Virus record (IMG/VR): IMGVR_UViG_3300025936_000018
Reading direction: 5' to 3' (one strand)
DNA: 32,331 nt
Origin: a virus
Taxonomy: Duplodnaviria; Heunggongvirae; Uroviricota; Caudoviricetes
How positions within the stretch are numbered: position 1 is the stretch's first letter; the number at the start of each line of letters is the position of its first letter. Position numbers and translations under genes: made by a program. Under the pieces are notes generated by a model. It was not told the origin of the DNA. It ran no database searches and saw nothing but the letters and a program-made list of their open reading frames with translations. Below, piece by piece: positions 1-8,489 of this stretch.

Positions 1-199
1 CATCGCCCTTCCGGTAGAGGCCGAGCTCGAGCCCGGACTCGTTCGGCGCGATCGAGTTCTCGTCGGCCGGGCCGATATCCGTGTCGACGACGAAGCGGAC
101 GCCCGCAGCTGGAGCGCTAGCCGCCGGCAAGAGCCCGACGACGGGCGGCAGCGGCAGCGGCCCGTCTACTGGCCACGTCGGGAACGAAGTGAGCGCCAC
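1..199 (-). CDS. Hypothetical protein following the major capsid gene (runs off the window edge), probably virion-associated
   Basis: GTG at 199 preceded by GGAGGGG; open frame MALTSFPTWPVDGPLPLPPVVGLLPAASAPAAGVRFVVDTDIG... to position 1; not in ORF track; virion role inferred from position only. Confidence 0.6.
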   Translation of the reverse strand, partial: MALTSFPTWPVDGPLPLPPVVGLLPAASAPAAGVRFVVDTDIGPADENSIAPNESGLELGLYRKGD

Positions 200-222
200 C
201 TAGCCCCTCCCCTCGAGTCGCT

Positions 223-250
223 GCGAGGAGCGGCCGGAGCCGCTCCTCGC
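223..250 (-). terminator. Perfect 12-bp GC-rich hairpin with C(UCCG)G tetraloop after the capsid gene
   Basis: Minus strand GCGAGGAGCGGC-TCCG-GCCGCTCCTCGC; no U-tract, so attenuator or mRNA-stabilising hairpin is as likely as a terminator. Confidence 0.6.
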
Positions 251-294
251 GTTGCTGTCGTTCCGATCCATCAGCGGTTCGGTCTCCGTGCGAC

Positions 295-2130
295 CTATTC
301 GCTTCCGGCGTAGCTGATCGGGCAGGTGACCTCCGCCGGCAGCGACACCGTGCCGCTGTCGCAGACCCACGACTCGACGGCGAGCGACTCGACGCCGACG
401 AATGCGACGCTCTCGAACGTCTCACCGAAGAGCTGGAAGTTGTTCTGAGCGTTGAGCACGGAGTCGCGGACGATTCCGAGCTCGAGCATCCCCGCGTCGA
501 GGTAGAGGAAAGACCCCTCCGGGAAGAGGTACCACGTCACCGTCTCCGGGAACGGCAGGAGATCGCCGTCGCCCTGAGTGCCGAAGACCTGGTTGCGGCC
601 GTTCGCGCCGTCGATGTAGAAGGTCGGCTCGATGTTGAACGAGCGCAGGAGCGCCGTGACCTTCGCCTGATCGGTGTCGAACCGCTGGAACTGCGTGCGG
701 ATGACGTCCGAGACGATGAGGTCGACCGCCCACCACGGGATCATCAGCCGCAGGACGGCCTCCGGATCCATGCGGTTGCGGTTCCGCAGACCGTTCGCCG
801 CGGCGAGGATCTGCGAGAAGAGCGTCGCCGACGCCCCGAGGCCGAACGAGCCCGCCGTGACCTGGCTCGACGCGGCGTCGATCAGGGTGAGCAGGTTCGA
901 CTCGGCAAGCCGCGCGTGCGCGGCCAGCACGAGGTTGTTCCACTGCGCGACGAGCTCCGGGAAGGCGCGAGCGCCGAGGTTCCCGAACTCGAGGCAGTGG
1001 TAGATGATGTCGACGTCCGTCTCCTCGAACGGCGGGCACGGGATCGTCTGACACGACTTCGCCGCGGACGTCCCGCCTGCGGCGTCCTCGGCCTCGGTGA
1101 TGAGCCCGATGCCGTCCGTGACGGCGCCGAGCGATGCCGGCCGCGCGTAGCGGAGACCGCCGCGATCCGCCGAGAACGACGGCAGCGATCCCATCACGGG
1201 CCGCACCGGGACCGAGATGTACGCGAGGTTGTAGTACGGCGTCACCGGAGCACAGAGACCACCGGACGCGGTCATCGTGAGCTCCTCGCCGGACGCGGTC
1301 AGGCCGAGGCTCCGGTCCTGCTGCGCGATGCGGTCGCGCATGGCGCGCTTGATCGCCGACGGCTTGACCACTTCGCGGATCAGTGACCAGTTGCCCTCGA
1401 TGTCGGCCTGCCCGAGACGCCGCTCGGCCGGGTACTCGTCGTTCCAGTCGGCGACCGCGACGATGTACTTCTCGGTCGGCGTCCCCCGAGCCGCCGAGCG
1501 GTCGAGCGAGACGAGCGTCTCGTGGCGCCGAATGAGCGCCTGCGCGAGCTGGAGCTCGCTGCCGAACTCGACGCCGGGGGCGACGTTCGTCGCGCCGCCG
1601 CCGGCCACGAAGCCGACCGCGCGCGGAGCCTGGAGCTCCGCCTCGAGGAGCGAATGGCCTGCCGACGGGCGCGGAAGCGACCGCCGACCGCCGACCGGCG
1701 CACCCGCGGCCGTCAGCTGGTCGTCGGCACCGTCGCCGTCGCCATCTCCGTCGCCATCACCGGCTCCGTCCTCGGCGCCATCGCCGGCGTCGGCGTCGCC
1801 GCCGTCACCGCCATCCGCGCCGTCTCCGCCGCCGTCACCGGCATCCGCGGAGGTCTCGAAGTCGGCGAGCGCCGCGAACGCGGCCTCGTCCTCGGGCGTG
1901 AGCAAGCGCTGCGCCTGCAACGCCTTGAGCTCGCGGAGCGTCTCGAGCGCGCCGCGCGTCGCCTCGATCAGCTCGGCGGCGGACATCCCGGACTCGGCGA
2001 CGAACCTTGCCGGCTCGGCGAGCACGGCGTCCGTCTGCTCCGTGTAGTCGGCGATGAGACCGGCAAGCGCCTCGTCGTCGATGCTCGCGAGGTCCTCTGG
2101 CACCTCTGCGAAAATCTCGTTCTCGTCCAC
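295..2130 (-). CDS. Major capsid protein with long N-terminal scaffold-like region
   Basis: GTG start with AAGGAGGG SD; helical acidic N-terminus, G/D/A low-complexity linker, then MTASGGLCAPVTPYY which resembles the start of the mature shell domain of actinophage capsid proteins; downstream of protease. Confidence 0.85.
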   Translation of the reverse strand: MDENEIFAEVPEDLASIDDEALAGLIADYTEQTDAVLAEPARFVAESGMSAAELIEATRGALETLRELKALQAQRLLTPEDEAAFAALADFETSADAGDGGGDGADGGDGGDADAGDGAEDGAGDGDGDGDGDGADDQLTAAGAPVGGRRSLPRPSAGHSLLEAELQAPRAVGFVAGGGATNVAPGVEFGSELQLAQALIRRHETLVSLDRSAARGTPTEKYIVAVADWNDEYPAERRLGQADIEGNWSLIREVVKPSAIKRAMRDRIAQQDRSLGLTASGEELTMTASGGLCAPVTPYYNLAYISVPVRPVMGSLPSFSADRGGLRYARPASLGAVTDGIGLITEAEDAAGGTSAAKSCQTIPCPPFEETDVDIIYHCLEFGNLGARAFPELVAQWNNLVLAAHARLAESNLLTLIDAASSQVTAGSFGLGASATLFSQILAAANGLRNRNRMDPEAVLRLMIPWWAVDLIVSDVIRTQFQRFDTDQAKVTALLRSFNIEPTFYIDGANGRNQVFGTQGDGDLLPFPETVTWYLFPEGSFLYLDAGMLELGIVRDSVLNAQNNFQLFGETFESVAFVGVESLAVESWVCDSGTVSLPAEVTCPISYAGSE

Positions 2131-2238
2131 GGCTGGTAGCCCTCCTTCGCAAAACGCTGGATTGGGGATTCAGCGCTCGGCGGCTATGCCGGCCGTGCTG
2201 GCGTGAGGGCCGCTATGCGGATCTCTCGCTCGGACGGG

Positions 2239-2251
2239 ATTCTAAGACGGG
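2239..2251 (-). promoter_or_regulatory. Putative late promoter (CCCGTCT-TAGAAT) upstream of capsid gene
   Basis: Same motif at 8391, 18488, 28393 and 29813, all minus strand and between or at the ends of genes. Confidence 0.7.
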
Positions 2252-2283
2252 GCCTCTGAGCGATCTCCGCCGCCGGCCAAAGC

Positions 2284-2291
2284 GATATATT
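2284..2291 (+). promoter_or_regulatory. -10 box TATATT (GATATATT) for a leaderless transcript
   Basis: TATATT 2286-2291 lies 6 nt before ATG 2298, no SD; same GATATATT core at 8449 and 10358. Confidence 0.55.
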
Positions 2292-2297
2292 CGTACG

Positions 2298-2627
2298 ATG
2301 ATCGAGCGCGGTCACGAACATCTGCTGCGTCCGGTCAGCACCCAGGACCTTCCTGACGGCCGGAAACTTGTTCACTCGATCTGCGTGTGCTCGCTCGAAG
2401 AGCAGCGCGTTACCCGCGGCAAGACCGTGACGAGCCTGAAGTTCCGATTCGGCGGATTATGGTTCACGCCGCTCGATCTGCTTCGAGTCAGCTCGAGCAT
2501 CAGTGTCATGGAGTGCCCGACGTGCGGTGGAGCGATTGCGCTGACGCCGTGCGATCTCTGCCACGGTCTCGGCGTGACGGATCCGGACGGGAATCCGCTC
2601 GAGCCGCGGTCGCTCAAAGTCAGCTAG
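2298..2627 (+). CDS. Small protein with C-terminal CxxC...CxxCxGxG zinc finger
   Basis: ECPTCGG...PCDLCHGLG; start positioned as leaderless behind TATATT. Confidence 0.55.
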   Translation: MIERGHEHLLRPVSTQDLPDGRKLVHSICVCSLEEQRVTRGKTVTSLKFRFGGLWFTPLDLLRVSSSISVMECPTCGGAIALTPCDLCHGLGVTDPDGNPLEPRSLKVS

Positions 2628-2661
2628 ACCGCAGCCGGCCGCCACGCTACGCTCTCAGCCA

Positions 2662-2832
2662 ATGCTGCTCGCCATCCTCGTCCGTTTGTTCCAGTGGCTC
2701 TCGATCTCCGACGCAAAGCCGGAGACTCGGCCCGACCTCGGTAGTAACGGACCGAGAGTCGGGACAATGGAACCAGCGGATACCTGCATTGGGTGGGCGT
2801 ACAGGGGCAGGCAACTCTCGCACGCCCTGTAG
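2662..2832 (+). CDS. Small hypothetical protein, 56 aa, hydrophobic N-terminus
   Basis: ATG 2662 to TAG 2832, MLLAILVRLFQWLSISDAKPETRPD...; TACGCT at 2648-2653 upstream; not in ORF track. Confidence 0.35.
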   Translation: MLLAILVRLFQWLSISDAKPETRPDLGSNGPRVGTMEPADTCIGWAYRGRQLSHAL

Positions 2833-2863
2833 CCGCTCTCTCTTCACCGGAGGTTCGACCCTG

Positions 2864-3148
2864 ATGCAGAAGCCGCCAACGGGGCGGCTCCGGCCGTTCC
2901 GTCTCGAAGAGGTACCTCTCGACGTTCGCCTCCGCGCGGCGAAGCACGCGCGCGTGCGCGAACTGCCGGACGACGAGACCGATCCACGCGATCGGCTGCT
3001 CGCCGCGCTCGCGGCGCCAGCGTTCGATGAAGAGCGCGAGAAGCTGGTGCGCGCGGCGAACGCGCCGTCGGATCGCGTCTACTGGATCTCGGCCGCAGCG
3101 TGGGCGAAGGTCATGGGCGACTCGGCGTGGGCGAAGGTGATGGGATGA
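2864..3148 (+). CDS. Hypothetical protein, 94 aa
   Basis: GGAGG before ATG 2864; stop overlaps RNase H start (ATGA); C-terminal part of track ORF 2387..3148. Confidence 0.55.
   Translation: MQKPPTGRLRPFRLEEVPLDVRLRAAKHARVRELPDDETDPRDRLLAALAAPAFDEEREKLVRAANAPSDRVYWISAAAWAKVMGDSAWAKVMG
3098..3144 (+). repeat. Tandem duplication, 27-bp period (AWAKVMG x2)
   Basis: gcgtgggcgaaggtcatggg 3098-3117 and gcgtgggcgaaggtgatggg 3125-3144, 19/20 identical. Confidence 0.85.
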
Positions 3149-3729
3149 CGTGGCACATCTGGACGGACGGGTCCTGCGTCAACGCGTCCGCAGCTCCGAG
3201 CACGACGCCGAAGGGCGGCGTCGGCTTCGGCGGATGGGCCGCCATCGTCGAGCACGGATCGCAGGGGTTTGTGTTGCGCGGCCACGTCGCCGAGACGACG
3301 AACGTCGTCATGGAGCTCGTCGCTGTGATCGAAGGTCTCCGCGCGGTCCCGAGCGACGGGTGCGCCGTCGTGCACACCGATTCGACCGTGATTCTGTCCG
3401 TCCTCGACCGCTGGCAGAAGCGTTCGCCCATGCTCGGGAAGCACGCGGATCTCTGGGTCGAGCTCGGCGCCGAGTTCGACCGTCTGCACGTGTCGATCTC
3501 GATGGTCGAGCGCGGCATGCGCGACCCGCTCCACAAGCGCGCGCACGCGATCGCCGGCGCCGAGGCGAAGGCGCTGCTTCACATCGCGAGCGGCCGGATC
3601 CCGTCGAAGGCGACGCTGCTCGACCCCGAAGATCGCCGGATCCTCGGCCAGCAGTTCCGCCGCGAGGTTCGAGCGTGGCGCGAGCGCCACGAGCGCGTGA
3701 ACGCTAAGCCTCTCCCGTCCAGTCGATAG
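3145..3729 (+). CDS. rnhA: Ribonuclease HI family protein (atypical fourth acidic residue)
   Basis: WTDGSC, GFGGWAAIV, TTNVVMELVAVIEGL, VHTDS, HADLW motifs; C-terminal HKRAHAIA where NxxADxLA is usual; ATG 3145 coupled to upstream stop. Confidence 0.82.
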   Translation: MTWHIWTDGSCVNASAAPSTTPKGGVGFGGWAAIVEHGSQGFVLRGHVAETTNVVMELVAVIEGLRAVPSDGCAVVHTDSTVILSVLDRWQKRSPMLGKHADLWVELGAEFDRLHVSISMVERGMRDPLHKRAHAIAGAEAKALLHIASGRIPSKATLLDPEDRRILGQQFRREVRAWRERHERVNAKPLPSSR

Positions 3730-4366
3730 AACTCGCGTTGCAGTCGCAGTCGCGGTCGACGTAGACGAACGCGCGCCGGCCGGGATCTTGGCCGTGCCGC
3801 TGCCGGCGGCTCATGATCGACGGTACGACGTCGTCATGGTCAACGAGGGAAGGCACGGTCGCGAGCGGGTCGATGCCGCGAGATCGGAGGAAGCGTCCCG
3901 CGATCTCGTCGTCGGCGACGAACCGCGGCGGGTAGTTCTGCGCATCGACCCACGCAACGAACTCTCGAGCTATCCACGCCGGCCATCCGACCGCGACTGC
4001 CGGCAGCCAGTGCGCGTACTCGAGCTCGGCCCACGACGAGCCGCGCTCGCACGCCTTCTGGACGGCGAGACGGTGCCGCGGCGGGTTGCCGGTCACGCAG
4101 AACACGATGACGCGGTCGGGGCGCGCGTCGATCGCTGCTTGAGCTGCGGCGACGAAGCCGTCGCAGAGCGTCGCGTCATCCTGGATGACGATTAGGTGCG
4201 AAGCCTCAGCCGGAGCGGTCCGGATGCACTCGCGATAGGTGCGCCACGGGCTCTTGACAGGGTCGTCCGGCGCCGGGTCGAAGCAGACGCGCCCGTTCGT
4301 CTTGAGCGCGAGATCCTCGGCGAGATGGGCCCGCCGAGGGTGGCTCTGAATGACGACGTCTAGGAC
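3704..4366 (-). CDS. GT-A fold glycosyltransferase; no canonical start codon for the full domain
   Basis: Frame open upstream of track ORF 3704..4105: LDVVIQSHPRR...SPWRTYREC...HLIVIQDDATLCDGF...ADDEIAGRF...TVPSLVDH; in-frame TGA shortly upstream with no ATG/GTG/TTG in between; GGAG 8 nt before GTC at 4366. Confidence 0.75.
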   Translation of the reverse strand, partial: VLDVVIQSHPRRAHLAEDLALKTNGRVCFDPAPDDPVKSPWRTYRECIRTAPAEASHLIVIQDDATLCDGFVAAAQAAIDARPDRVIVFCVTGNPPRHRLAVQKACERGSSWAELEYAHWLPAVAVGWPAWIAREFVAWVDAQNYPPRFVADDEIAGRFLRSRGIDPLATVPSLVDHDDVVPSIMSRRQRHGQDPGRRAFVYVDRDCDCNASSIDWTGEA

Positions 4367-5598
4367 GGTTCGATCTCCAGCGGTTGCAATGCGAGCTCAA
4401 CCAGTTCGGCGACCTCGCGATCGCGGACAGGCTCGGAGTCGTCGTCGTCCGAGAGAGCCGCTGCCGCGCCGCTCGAGCGCGCGTAGAGCTCGGCGAGCGT
4501 TCCGCCATCATCGGTGGATTCGCCGAGCCACTCGGACGCCTCCGCAGCGTTCATCGGCCCGAATACGGTGGGACCGATCGCGCCGTCCGCGGCGCGCGAG
4601 ACGCAGCGGCCGGGGCGGATCGCCGCCGGCGCGAGATCGCCGAGCTCGTCGTTCGTGGTGATGAGCGCGAGCACGCGAAGTCCCTGACCGATCATGCCGT
4701 CGACGACGTTGAGCAGCCGCGAGAGTCCCTGCCCGTACTTCTCCTTCGCGTTGGCGGCGAGCAGCTCGCCAGTGTCCTCGAGAATCAGGATGCGCCACTT
4801 GTCGCCGGCCTCCGCGACGACGTCGCCGGACGGCTCGTGAATCACGTCGTAGCTGTCGGAGAGCAGCACGTCGATCATGTACGACGGGCGATCGACGAAG
4901 AACACGTCCGGGTCGGTGATGTAGTGGAACTCCGCCCACGAAGCCCACTCGGACGCGAGCGCACGCAGCGCCCACGTCTTGCCGCAGCCGGGCGGCCCCT
5001 GCCAGAGAAGCAGCTGGCCGTCGCGGCCGGGCTCCGTCCACGCCATGAGCGCCTCGAGCTCGGCGCGGACGTCGCCCGGGTAGTTGCGTGAGATGGCCTC
5101 CCAGCCGGCCGCTTCGATTCGGCGCAGCCTCGAGGTCGCTCCGAACTGGCCACACGTCCAGAACGTGATCGGCACGCGGCTGTCTTCGCCGGTCATGAAC
5201 GACGGCGGTAGCGCCGTGCGGAACGCTGAGAGCGTCGGCGCGATGTCCGAGTGGTTGAGCGCCGCGATGTGCACGTGGGCCCAGCCGCCGCGAAGCATGA
5301 CGAGCGCGAGCGATCCGTCCTCGGTCCGGAAGACCGCGGCGCTGCCGTCGCGGAACATCGCGTTCGTGACGTCGAGCGCCATAGCCTCGGTCGGCCACTG
5401 ATCGCTCATGAAGTTCGCGACCCCGGCACCGAGAGCCTCCGCGTAGAAGTACCGCTCGGCCGGCGACAGGCGCGCCATGTCGAGCACCGGCAACGTGCCG
5501 ACCGGGGCGACGCCGGATGCCGTGAGCGTGTCGCGCAGATGGCGGCGCCGCTCAGCGATCGAGGGCAGCGCGCGCCGGACCGTGACCGGCCGGTTCAT
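4360..5598 (-). CDS. AAA+ ATPase resembling actinobacterial DUF5925-associated ATPases
   Basis: Walker A GPPGCGKT, Walker B ILILED, SRLLNVVDG, ITTN, arginine finger RPGRC; ATG abuts protease stop. Confidence 0.85.
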   Translation of the reverse strand: MNRPVTVRRALPSIAERRRHLRDTLTASGVAPVGTLPVLDMARLSPAERYFYAEALGAGVANFMSDQWPTEAMALDVTNAMFRDGSAAVFRTEDGSLALVMLRGGWAHVHIAALNHSDIAPTLSAFRTALPPSFMTGEDSRVPITFWTCGQFGATSRLRRIEAAGWEAISRNYPGDVRAELEALMAWTEPGRDGQLLLWQGPPGCGKTWALRALASEWASWAEFHYITDPDVFFVDRPSYMIDVLLSDSYDVIHEPSGDVVAEAGDKWRILILEDTGELLAANAKEKYGQGLSRLLNVVDGMIGQGLRVLALITTNDELGDLAPAAIRPGRCVSRAADGAIGPTVFGPMNAAEASEWLGESTDDGGTLAELYARSSGAAAALSDDDDSEPVRDREVAELVELALQPLEIEPS

Positions 5599-8346
5599 CT
5601 AGCTCGCCTGCGCGAGCTCGCGGAGCTCGGAGAACCGCTCGAGCTCGTCCTCGGAGAGCTCCGCCTCGAACACCGGGATCCCCGCGGCGACGAGCGCGAG
5701 CACCTGATCGCCGTCCGCTCCGCACGCAGCGAGCGCCTGCTGGCGCGGAACCGGGAAGCCGGGCACGTTGACCGCGAGCAGCGCTACGAGCTCACCGTCG
5801 CGCCAGTCGCCCGACAGCTTCGACCCGCGCAGGAGCCGCACCTTGTCGGCCGGCGCGTCCGGCTGGAGAGCTCCGGCGACCCAGATGCCGTGCTCGTCCT
5901 CGCCGCAGCGCACATGCGCGACGACGGTGCCGGTGTGGTCGTAGTGGCTCGTCGCAGCCGACCGGCCGAGCCGAAGGTCGGCGTGCGGCGCGTCGAGCGT
6001 GATCTGGCCGCACGCGATCCTCGAGCCGTCCTCGACGACGATCTCGCCGAGGTGGAAGTACGCGTAGTCGGTCTTGGAGTGCGGCGCCGTGCGGCACACG
6101 GACGGGAAGCCGATGTGGCAGACGCCCCACGCGGCGGCGTGTCCGCTGATCCGACCGTCGTCATCGACGGTGATCGCGGTCGGCTCGGCGAAGTTCGGGT
6201 TCTCGAACCACTCCGCCGGCGGGCGCTCCGGCACGAGGCCGGCCGCCGCGGCGGTGAGAGCGTCTCCCGACGACGACTCCGAGACCGACGCGTACTGGCG
6301 AAGGTGCTCGACGCACTCCTCGTATGTGCCGGTGAAGCGCACATCCTCGGCGTTGAGGTAGTTCGCGACCCGCCAATTCTCGCCGTCATCGGAGAGGATG
6401 TTCGGAACGAACTCGCTCTGCTCGGACTCGACCGCAGCTGCGACGACCGTCTCGGTGCACTGCGTGCACTCTTCGACCGTCCATCCGCCCTGCTGCGTGA
6501 CCGTCCAGAACGCGGGGTTCGCGCCGGCGACGAGCGAGTCGCCGACCGCGATCTTCGCGACGCCGAACGCCGGGAACGGGCAGACCGTGGTCATGCCGAT
6601 CTCGGCGCTGAGCACGACGGCGATCGTGTCCTCGTTGTAGACGTCGAGAATCGACTGGCCGACAGCGGAGCCGCCGTTGGCTGGCTGCCACTTCCCGTCG
6701 TTGTCGAGCTCGCCGATCCAGTTGCCGTCCTCGTCGAACCAGTCCGACCGGGGGCCGGTGATGTAGTCGCCGATGGCGAGGTCGACCGAGTTGCCGCGGA
6801 GCGTCTCGTCGCCGACGAGCCGGCTGATCTCCGAGCCGTACTCGCCGGTGTCGAACACGCCCTTGCCGCGGATGAGTCCCGCGGCATCGTCGCGCCAGAT
6901 GTCGTCGACGCGGCCGGCGACCTGAGCTCCGACGTGGCCGCCCTCGCTCGTCTCGATCATGGCCATGAGCGTGAGCGGCAGCTCGCGCCACGTGATCGAG
7001 CCGGGCGCGAACGCGCGCCCGTCGGAGGTCAGCTTGCCCTCCGGAGCGAGGATCGCGCTCCATGCCGTCGGTCCCTCGGGCGCTGCGGTCGATGCCGCCG
7101 GCGCGGCCGGCGTGCGCGGCGAAGGATTGCGCGCCGGCATCCTCGAGCCCGGCTGGTGCGCCTCGGGCAGCGTCGCCTCGACCTCGTCGGCGACCGCTGC
7201 GAACACGAGCCGACCGATGCCGGCAAGCTGAGCGATTCCGGTGCGCATAGCGGCGTCGCCGTCCGGCGTCTCGGGCGCGACCTCGATCATGCCCTTCTCG
7301 ACCGGCACCCACTCGGACGGGTCGGAGACGATCGGCTCGTTGTCGTCGCCGACCGTGATCGGCGCGACGTAGTAGTCGCCGTCGCCGCAGCCGATGAGCA
7401 CCTTGTCGAGCCGGATCGCCGCGTCGACGACGTGCGGCATGTAGCCGTATTCGTCTCCGTCTCCCCGCGGCAAGTCCATCTCCGCGAGCGCGTCGTTCAC
7501 GTCGCAGATCAGGTCGCGGAAGCCGTCCTCCGGCGCCCACGCGACGTCGCCGACCGCGGCCGTGATCGTCTCGGGCGCGGCGAGCTCGTCCAGCCAGAGC
7601 GCAGCTGCCATCTCGAGCAGCGACTCGTCGGCGTCGGGCCCAAGCTGCGCGTACGCGAGCGCGTGCGCAGCGGCGCGCTTCTGGACGTCGACCAGCTCGA
7701 CCGGGTTGAAGTCGCCGCCCATGCCGGCGTAGACCTCGGTGCCGTCCTCGCCGTTGGCGTAGAAGATGTCGAGTCCGTGCTCGAGCGCGAACGCGATCGA
7801 CGCCTCGGCCACGGCTTCCCACGGCGCCTTGAGCGAGTCGTAGCCGTACTTCTTCGCGGCCTTCGCGTAGTAGTCGGCGACCTTCGTCTTGATCTCGGCG
7901 ATGTCGGAATCGGCCACGTCCTTGACGCCGCCGCGCGCGCCGGAGAGCGCGCCGGCGACCGCGGTGATCCCGCCCCAGTTCGCCTGGAGCTTGCCGTCGA
8001 CCGGCTCGGCGAAGCCGAGGCCGTAGTCGTCGAAGTTCTCGCCGTCGCCGCGCTCGAGGAAGAACGCCTTCGCGTACTGCGCGTTCGGCTTCTCGGTGGC
8101 GCCGGACCACTCGCGCACCGCCTTCTCCGCTGCGGTGGCGTCCCACTTCGCGTCGCGATCGCCGAGCGTCAGCGTCGTCGATCCGGAGACGGCGAGCTCG
8201 CCGCCCGCGCGCGCCTCGCGGCGCTGCTCGAGCACGGCTACGAGGTCCGCGCTCTGCTGCGTCCGCTTGACGGGGCGGCTTCCGTGAGCGCCCGACCGGA
8301 GCGCCGACCGGCGGCGCCTCGCACCTCTTCCACGATGAGTGGCCAT
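5599..8346 (-). CDS. Capsid maturation (prohead) protease, multidomain
   Basis: GGAGGAGG SD; core APEGKLTSDGR...GGHVGAQVAGRVD...RGNSVDL (His and Ser candidates); C-terminal GHAAAWGVCH...HYDHTG...LSGDWR...AVNVPGFP block as in actinophage proteases; between MuF and capsid. Confidence 0.82.
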   Translation of the reverse strand: MATHRGRGARRRRSALRSGAHGSRPVKRTQQSADLVAVLEQRREARAGGELAVSGSTTLTLGDRDAKWDATAAEKAVREWSGATEKPNAQYAKAFFLERGDGENFDDYGLGFAEPVDGKLQANWGGITAVAGALSGARGGVKDVADSDIAEIKTKVADYYAKAAKKYGYDSLKAPWEAVAEASIAFALEHGLDIFYANGEDGTEVYAGMGGDFNPVELVDVQKRAAAHALAYAQLGPDADESLLEMAAALWLDELAAPETITAAVGDVAWAPEDGFRDLICDVNDALAEMDLPRGDGDEYGYMPHVVDAAIRLDKVLIGCGDGDYYVAPITVGDDNEPIVSDPSEWVPVEKGMIEVAPETPDGDAAMRTGIAQLAGIGRLVFAAVADEVEATLPEAHQPGSRMPARNPSPRTPAAPAASTAAPEGPTAWSAILAPEGKLTSDGRAFAPGSITWRELPLTLMAMIETSEGGHVGAQVAGRVDDIWRDDAAGLIRGKGVFDTGEYGSEISRLVGDETLRGNSVDLAIGDYITGPRSDWFDEDGNWIGELDNDGKWQPANGGSAVGQSILDVYNEDTIAVVLSAEIGMTTVCPFPAFGVAKIAVGDSLVAGANPAFWTVTQQGGWTVEECTQCTETVVAAAVESEQSEFVPNILSDDGENWRVANYLNAEDVRFTGTYEECVEHLRQYASVSESSSGDALTAAAAGLVPERPPAEWFENPNFAEPTAITVDDDGRISGHAAAWGVCHIGFPSVCRTAPHSKTDYAYFHLGEIVVEDGSRIACGQITLDAPHADLRLGRSAATSHYDHTGTVVAHVRCGEDEHGIWVAGALQPDAPADKVRLLRGSKLSGDWRDGELVALLAVNVPGFPVPRQQALAACGADGDQVLALVAAGIPVFEAELSEDELERFSELRELAQAS

Positions 8347-8390
8347 TTTTCAGTCCTCCTCCGCGATCGACGGATCTTTGGTCGCTCGGA

Positions 8391-8403
8391 AGCCTACGAC
8401 GGG
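8391..8403 (-). promoter_or_regulatory. Putative late promoter (CCCGTCG-TAGGCT) upstream of protease
   Basis: Repeated motif, about 45 nt upstream of the protease ATG. Confidence 0.7.
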
Positions 8404-8428
8404 GTGCGCGGAGAGCTCTCGATAGCAC

Positions 8429-8462
8429 TTGCAACTTCCGGCAGGAGTGATATATTTATATC
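8429..8462 (+). promoter_or_regulatory. Sigma70-type promoter with overlapping palindromic operator candidate
   Basis: TTGCAA 8429-8434, 16 bp, TGa-TATATT 8451-8456; inverted repeat GATATA-TT-TATATC 8449-8462. Confidence 0.75.
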
Positions 8463-8489
8463 GGGAGAAGAGAGCGAAGGGAGATCGCT

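Noticed and set aside
1720-1860. GCCGTC/GCCATC repeats as CRISPR or iteron array (also 22620-23000)
   Set aside because: Codon repeats of Gly/Asp/Ala linkers; no constant repeat-spacer structure; no cas genes
2647-2847. Minus-strand 66-aa ORF in the track
   Set aside because: Weak GC3 and only 16 bp from a divergent start; plus-strand 2662..2832 fits the island better, though neither is certain
3098-3144. 27-bp tandem repeat as regulatory or DGR-type element
   Set aside because: Two in-frame copies only; simple slippage duplication; no reverse transcriptase in window
4355-4375. Classical programmed -1 frameshift joining ATPase and glycosyltransferase
   Set aside because: No X XXY YYZ slippery heptamer or obvious downstream stimulator; left only as a minor possibility
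6386-8434. Long Arg-rich same-strand alternative frames (also 16534..18066, 29638..31188)
   Set aside because: Off-frame reads of real genes; composition typical of shifted GC-rich codons
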